Source of the DNA: Candidatus Thorarchaeota archaeon
Lineage (GTDB): Archaea > Asgardarchaeota > Thorarchaeia > Thorarchaeales > Thorarchaeaceae
DNA length: 19,891 nucleotides
Assembly: GCA_011364905.1 (NCBI GenBank)
Contig: RDNZ01000047.1
Location: forward strand, 1 to 19,891
Reading direction: 5' to 3'
Shown: positions 15,833 through 19,891 of the stretch, piece after piece
Layout of the letters: each line of letters starts with the position of its first letter
Position numbering within the stretch: position 1 is the stretch's first letter
Notes under the pieces: generated by a model
Told to the model about the DNA's origin: nothing
Seen by the model: the letters and a program-made list of their open reading frames with translations, nothing else
Database searches by the model: none
Position numbers and translations under genes: made by a program

Positions 15833-17935
15833 ATGTGCATGGAGTGTCAAGGAATGAGGCGAAGAACTAAGGGACTACTGGCGTTTCTGGTTATTGCTGC
15901 AATTACGGTTTCATCGGTACTTTACATCATGAATGGAATATTGAATCGGCCTCCTCCAGAGCCTCTCAATCTGGACGAGGCACCAGCTGAGATTCGTGTC
16001 ATAAAAGCTGATCTCAAGGACAAGCTGTCCAAAAGTATGTTCACCTGGGATGATATGACCAATTTTACCGTTTTTGCTGAATATGTCGCTGAACATCATC
16101 CCGAAGCATTAGGCATCACAAAAGATTGGGAGATAACTGCTGTTCTGGAGATCATTGACACTGGATACTTGTGGTTCGTAGTCGAAAATGATGCATTGAA
16201 TCTAACTGCTGCAGCAGTAGCACCTGCTGATCCTGATGTTACAATAACCCTTAGATTTGACACTCTTGTGGAAGTATTCAGTGCCCAGACAACCGCTGCC
16301 ACTGCATTTCAACGTGGAGATGTTGATTTCGATGGGACTCTGGCGATTGCGCTTAAGATAGACCGATTGAATACGATTTTCTCGTACACGATTATGGATG
16401 CAAAGCTCTACTACTCTTCTGGTATTATTGACTTCGTACTCACTGAGAACATAGAGGGATCGCACACTCCAGGCTACACCTTGTTTCCATGCATCGAGAG
16501 CATCATCACAAATGAATCGATGGAGACCGGGGCTATGGGTGTAGGAAAGGTGCTCATTGTTGATGACCAAGGAACCGTCGTGAATCAATTAGATGATTCT
16601 CAACACAGCGTTCACAAGTTCATTAATTCAACAGCAGTCATGATGGGTGGATCTGACGGGTTGATGGAGATCTGGGATTTCGTTTCTGATACTCGAGTGG
16701 AACTTGATGTTCCCGCTGGCCATCATGAGTTGGACTATAATCCGATAACTGATACCTTCATGGTTCTGGAGACTGCAACCCAGGGAGAGATCTGGAATGG
16801 GCTCGAAGTAATATATGATACAATTAGTGAATACAATTGGGATGGAGACCTTCTCTGGCAATGGGATGCTAGGGTGCATCTTCCATTCAATTCAACAATT
16901 TACACAGCTATATGTAACAATTATACCTTCAGGGGCTATACCGATTGGATGCATGCTAACAGCTTTGCTTGGGATAAGGTTGAGAATACAATATGGCTTA
17001 ATGTAAGAAATCAGGACACAATCCTGAAGATCGACAAAGACACTGGCGAGATTATTTGGCGGGCTGGACGAAATGGCAATTTCACAATACTTGACATAAA
17101 TGGCACTGAAATTGATTCGATTGCGCATTATCCTCATAGCCTAGAGTGGCTGGGGGGCAATCGTTACATTTTGTTTGATAACGGTCTCTTCGACCCTGAT
17201 GTTCCATCATCTATGACTCGGAATGGAACTGGAGTATCTGGCTTTGTAGAGTTTGAGATTGATGAAGAAAATCAGGAAATACGTGAGGTCTGGTCATGGC
17301 ATGCAACAAATTCGACCTATTACTTCTCCGAATCAGGGGGCGATGCTGACCGATTGCCTGATGGTAACACTCTTGGTATCTTCGCAAATCAAGCATTAGT
17401 ACTTGCTCAACCTGATCCCGTCATCTTTACAGAAGTTACTCAAGACGGTGAGATTGCTTGGGAGCTTCAAGTCCGTGGTGGGAACGGTACTTACTATTGG
17501 GCTCATAGAGTTGAGAGATTCTATGAAACCCCCCTGGTCGAAATTCAGAATCAAGTCCTAAATATCAATGCAGGTACATTGTATCTGAATCTCTCAACGT
17601 GGAATTGTGTGAAAGAGATGTTTTCAACAGATGGAGAGATTCGCGTTATTGTGGATGGCACTGAGCTTTACCAAGATGCATTCGAGTTTCAACCTCAGTG
17701 GATAGCAACAAATCTTGAGGTTTCAGTGAGTGACCTTCCAACAAACATGAAGTATATCGAAATCCAAGTGGAGAATAGTGATGGGATTCTCAAGTCAGTA
17801 GTCATATATGGGTCCATAAACCCGCCATCGATTAATCCTGTATTCTATGTATTCGCAGGAATTATGGTAGCTATTCCGGTTATCGTAATGATAAGTCTGA
17901 TACGAACTGGAAGAATCAAATTTGGTAGAGAGTGA
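15833..17935 (+). CDS. SCP2-like domain / aryl-sulfate sulfotransferase (ASST) fusion, anchored at both termini
   Basis: N-terminal TM; SCP2-like PDVTITLRFDTLVEVFSAQTTAATAFQRGDVDFDG; ASST motifs GHHELDY, DWMHANS, NVRNQ, HYPHS, LFDNG, GDADRLPDGNTL; C-terminal TM. Likely start is ATG 15854 (GGAGTG upstream). Confidence 0.85.
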   Translation: MCMECQGMRRRTKGLLAFLVIAAITVSSVLYIMNGILNRPPPEPLNLDEAPAEIRVIKADLKDKLSKSMFTWDDMTNFTVFAEYVAEHHPEALGITKDWEITAVLEIIDTGYLWFVVENDALNLTAAAVAPADPDVTITLRFDTLVEVFSAQTTAATAFQRGDVDFDGTLAIALKIDRLNTIFSYTIMDAKLYYSSGIIDFVLTENIEGSHTPGYTLFPCIESIITNESMETGAMGVGKVLIVDDQGTVVNQLDDSQHSVHKFINSTAVMMGGSDGLMEIWDFVSDTRVELDVPAGHHELDYNPITDTFMVLETATQGEIWNGLEVIYDTISEYNWDGDLLWQWDARVHLPFNSTIYTAICNNYTFRGYTDWMHANSFAWDKVENTIWLNVRNQDTILKIDKDTGEIIWRAGRNGNFTILDINGTEIDSIAHYPHSLEWLGGNRYILFDNGLFDPDVPSSMTRNGTGVSGFVEFEIDEENQEIREVWSWHATNSTYYFSESGGDADRLPDGNTLGIFANQALVLAQPDPVIFTEVTQDGEIAWELQVRGGNGTYYWAHRVERFYETPLVEIQNQVLNINAGTLYLNLSTWNCVKEMFSTDGEIRVIVDGTELYQDAFEFQPQWIATNLEVSVSDLPTNMKYIEIQVENSDGILKSVVIYGSINPPSINPVFYVFAGIMVAIPVIVMISLIRTGRIKFGRE

Positions 17936-18482
17936 AATATTGAGTAAAGATTTCAAACTATTCCTGCCTACTCCAGAGAAACTGACACCAATTCAAGCGC
18001 TTATACTGATTCAGTTGCTTGGAAACTCAAAATATGGCTACGAAATACTACGCAATCTTCGAGACGCATTTCACGGGTCTTGGGAACCAAAGACTGGAAC
18101 CATATATCCTTCACTTCAAGCTTTGGAGAAAAAGGGGTATGTTTCAAAGAGAGTTAAAGATGAAACAACACACTACAGTCTTACAAAACAAGGAAATGAA
18201 AAGCTTAGAGAGATGAGTGATATTATTGCGTACTACCTTCTGTTCAACTCTCGCTTCATTGAATCAACTGTAGCGAATATGCCTGCGTCTTTCACACAGG
18301 AAGTCTTTATGAAAATACACCTAGCTGGAATTGACGAGATGATTCCTGAAGCTCCTATTCTGGAAGCAATTCGAGAGCTTCCAGACAAAGACGTGAAGAG
18401 AGTTTTCCTTGAAAGGAGAATTGAGATCTTGGAAAGAAAAATCAAACTGGTGAAAAAACATCTGAAAAACCTGGATTCTTGA
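17922..18482 (+). CDS. PadR family transcriptional regulator
   Basis: KYGYEIL, WEPKTGTIYPSLQALEKKGYV and YSLTKQG; overlaps or abuts the upstream stop (TTG start at 17922 or 17940). Confidence 0.92.
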   Translation: MVESEILSKDFKLFLPTPEKLTPIQALILIQLLGNSKYGYEILRNLRDAFHGSWEPKTGTIYPSLQALEKKGYVSKRVKDETTHYSLTKQGNEKLREMSDIIAYYLLFNSRFIESTVANMPASFTQEVFMKIHLAGIDEMIPEAPILEAIRELPDKDVKRVFLERRIEILERKIKLVKKHLKNLDS

Positions 18483-18491
18483 GGTGATTGA

Positions 18492-19891
18492 GTGAAGGAG
18501 TATGATATTGTTATCGTTGGTGCTGGCCCAGGAGGATCAATTGCCGCGAAAGAGGCTGCAGAGAAAGGCCTCAAGACTATTTTCTTTGAACGCGGAAGAA
18601 AACCTGGAGAGAAGAACTCCTCTGGTTGTGGATTAGGTCCACGTATGTGGCGAGATTTCGATATCATGAAAGAACTAACACCTGAATCATGTCCTTCAAT
18701 GAGACCTGGCTCTGCTGCTCGGAACTACTTTGTAAACAGCGAGGGTGAGGTGACTGGGTACATCATGACTAGACCCACGGAGTCAGTCAGCTATGAACCT
18801 GCAAAGAGCTGGATCACAATGAATTGTTATCGGAGTGAGTTTGATCCTTGGCTTGCAAAGTTTGCTACCGACGCAGGGGCAGAACTAAAGACTTCGACTT
18901 TGGTTACAGGTCTCCTAAAGGAAGAAGACAAGGTTGTCGGAGTCATCGATGAGAAGGGAGAAAAATACAGAGGATTTGTTATTGGGGCTGATGGTGCCGT
19001 TTCGATGGTCGCCCAGCAGTCAGGATTGCGTCAACGCTGGAATCAGGAGCAGGTGACATTAGTTCCGCAATATGACTTCAAGTGTTCTCCAAGCAAAATT
19101 GATGACATAATGGGTGATGAGGCTCTGGCTGTCTGGTGGTCTGCGACATTCCCAGCAGCTTATCATGTGTTCTTTCACGATGGTTTTCATGTAGGTCTTG
19201 GTAACTGGATGACTTGGTGGGATAGGACGCCCATTTACTATCTAAATAAGGTTGTCAATCTGGAGTATTTTCAAAGGTTGATCAGAGTTCTTGATGCCAA
19301 ACCTAGAGAGTTTCAAGTTCACCTTCTACCTTGGCAAGGTATGCCTCACGATACTCATACCGATAATGTGATTCTGATAGGCGATGCTGGGGGATTTCCT
19401 TGTCCATTAGAAGCCGAAGGCATCTATCCTGCCATGGTGACAGCAAGAGCAGCTATTGAAACAGCAGCGGAGGCAATTGCATCTGGTGATACTTCAAAGG
19501 AATTTCTCTCTCGCTACGATGAAAAATGGAATTCAACATCAGTAGGTGAGGAGTTTAAGACAGGTGTGGAGCTGGCAAGCATCTGGAAGGCTCTCCCATT
19601 TAGCCCAAAGGAGACCATGTCTTGGTTTGTCCCGATGTTTATGGAGGTAATTGGTGGGATAATTGATTGGTCAGAGCCTCATGCTGTTCGAGTTAGGCAA
19701 GTAGCACGCAAAATCAAGCAATATTTGCCGCAGGCTGTCCCCTTCATAATGAAAGAAGTGATTCCTCTCTTGACTGCAATACTTGGTGAAGAGAAGATGG
19801 ACCTTCTAACAGATCCAGAGAAACTTCTGACTGAAATGCCAGAGATTGAAGAAGCCATTTCTAAGGCATTCACGACACCTGATGAGGAGGG
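18492..19891 (+). CDS. FAD-dependent oxidoreductase, geranylgeranyl reductase/FixC-like (3' end beyond the window)
   Basis: Manually translated and absent from the ORF track. GTG start after GAGGTGA (18481-18487). MKEYDIVIVGAGPGGS, KNSSGCGL, YRSEFDPWLA, IGADG and LIGDAGGFPCPLEAEGIYPAM; open for 466 codons to the window end. Confidence 0.92.
   Translation, partial: MKEYDIVIVGAGPGGSIAAKEAAEKGLKTIFFERGRKPGEKNSSGCGLGPRMWRDFDIMKELTPESCPSMRPGSAARNYFVNSEGEVTGYIMTRPTESVSYEPAKSWITMNCYRSEFDPWLAKFATDAGAELKTSTLVTGLLKEEDKVVGVIDEKGEKYRGFVIGADGAVSMVAQQSGLRQRWNQEQVTLVPQYDFKCSPSKIDDIMGDEALAVWWSATFPAAYHVFFHDGFHVGLGNWMTWWDRTPIYYLNKVVNLEYFQRLIRVLDAKPREFQVHLLPWQGMPHDTHTDNVILIGDAGGFPCPLEAEGIYPAMVTARAAIETAAEAIASGDTSKEFLSRYDEKWNSTSVGEEFKTGVELASIWKALPFSPKETMSWFVPMFMEVIGGIIDWSEPHAVRVRQVARKIKQYLPQAVPFIMKEVIPLLTAILGEEKMDLLTDPEKLLTEMPEIEEAISKAFTTPDEE

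Noticed and set aside
15854-15880. Tat signal (MRRRTK) on the ASST fusion
   Set aside because: Lacks the S/T-R-R-x-F-L consensus; more simply a basic N-region.
76-18482. Pyrrolysine (TAG) recoding
   Set aside because: 8 of 17 complete genes end in TAG, the recognisable ones at family-appropriate lengths, and two pairs abut convergent genes; TAG behaves as an ordinary stop.
18233-18667. 144-aa minus-strand ORF (and 19679-19873)
   Set aside because: Antisense shadows of PadR and the flavoprotein.

Overview
Gene-dense archaeal chromosomal segment with 18 supportable CDSs. I found no rRNA, tRNA, CRISPR array or mobile element. TATA-like boxes, GAGGTGA/GGAG ribosome-binding sites, membrane-anchored zinc ribbons, a tandem-duplicated Lrp/AsnC regulator, SCP2 proteins and C-terminally anchored surface proteins suggest an Asgard archaeon, Thorarchaeota-like; this taxonomy is inference and was not checked by search. 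The left and central parts hold CorA, an EamA transporter, a Cys-rich membrane protein, a membrane alpha/beta hydrolase, two hypotheticals, two divergent SAM methyltransferases, an MFS transporter, the double Lrp regulator, a stand-alone SCP2 protein, an M29 aminopeptidase, a surface beta-propeller protein and two zinc-ribbon membrane proteins. The most notable element is the right-end putative operon (about 15.75-19.89 kb). Its first gene is a doubly membrane-anchored, sequon-rich protein that fuses an SCP2-like lipid-binding domain to an aryl-sulfate sulfotransferase (ASST) domain with apparently intact catalytic residues. It is followed by a PadR regulator and a geranylgeranyl-reductase/FixC-like flavoprotein that the ORF track missed because it runs off the window. 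The promoter carries two tandem perfect GTAGA-N2-TCTAC palindromes directly after the TATA box. This is a candidate system for sulfating or otherwise modifying lipids or hydrophobic compounds.
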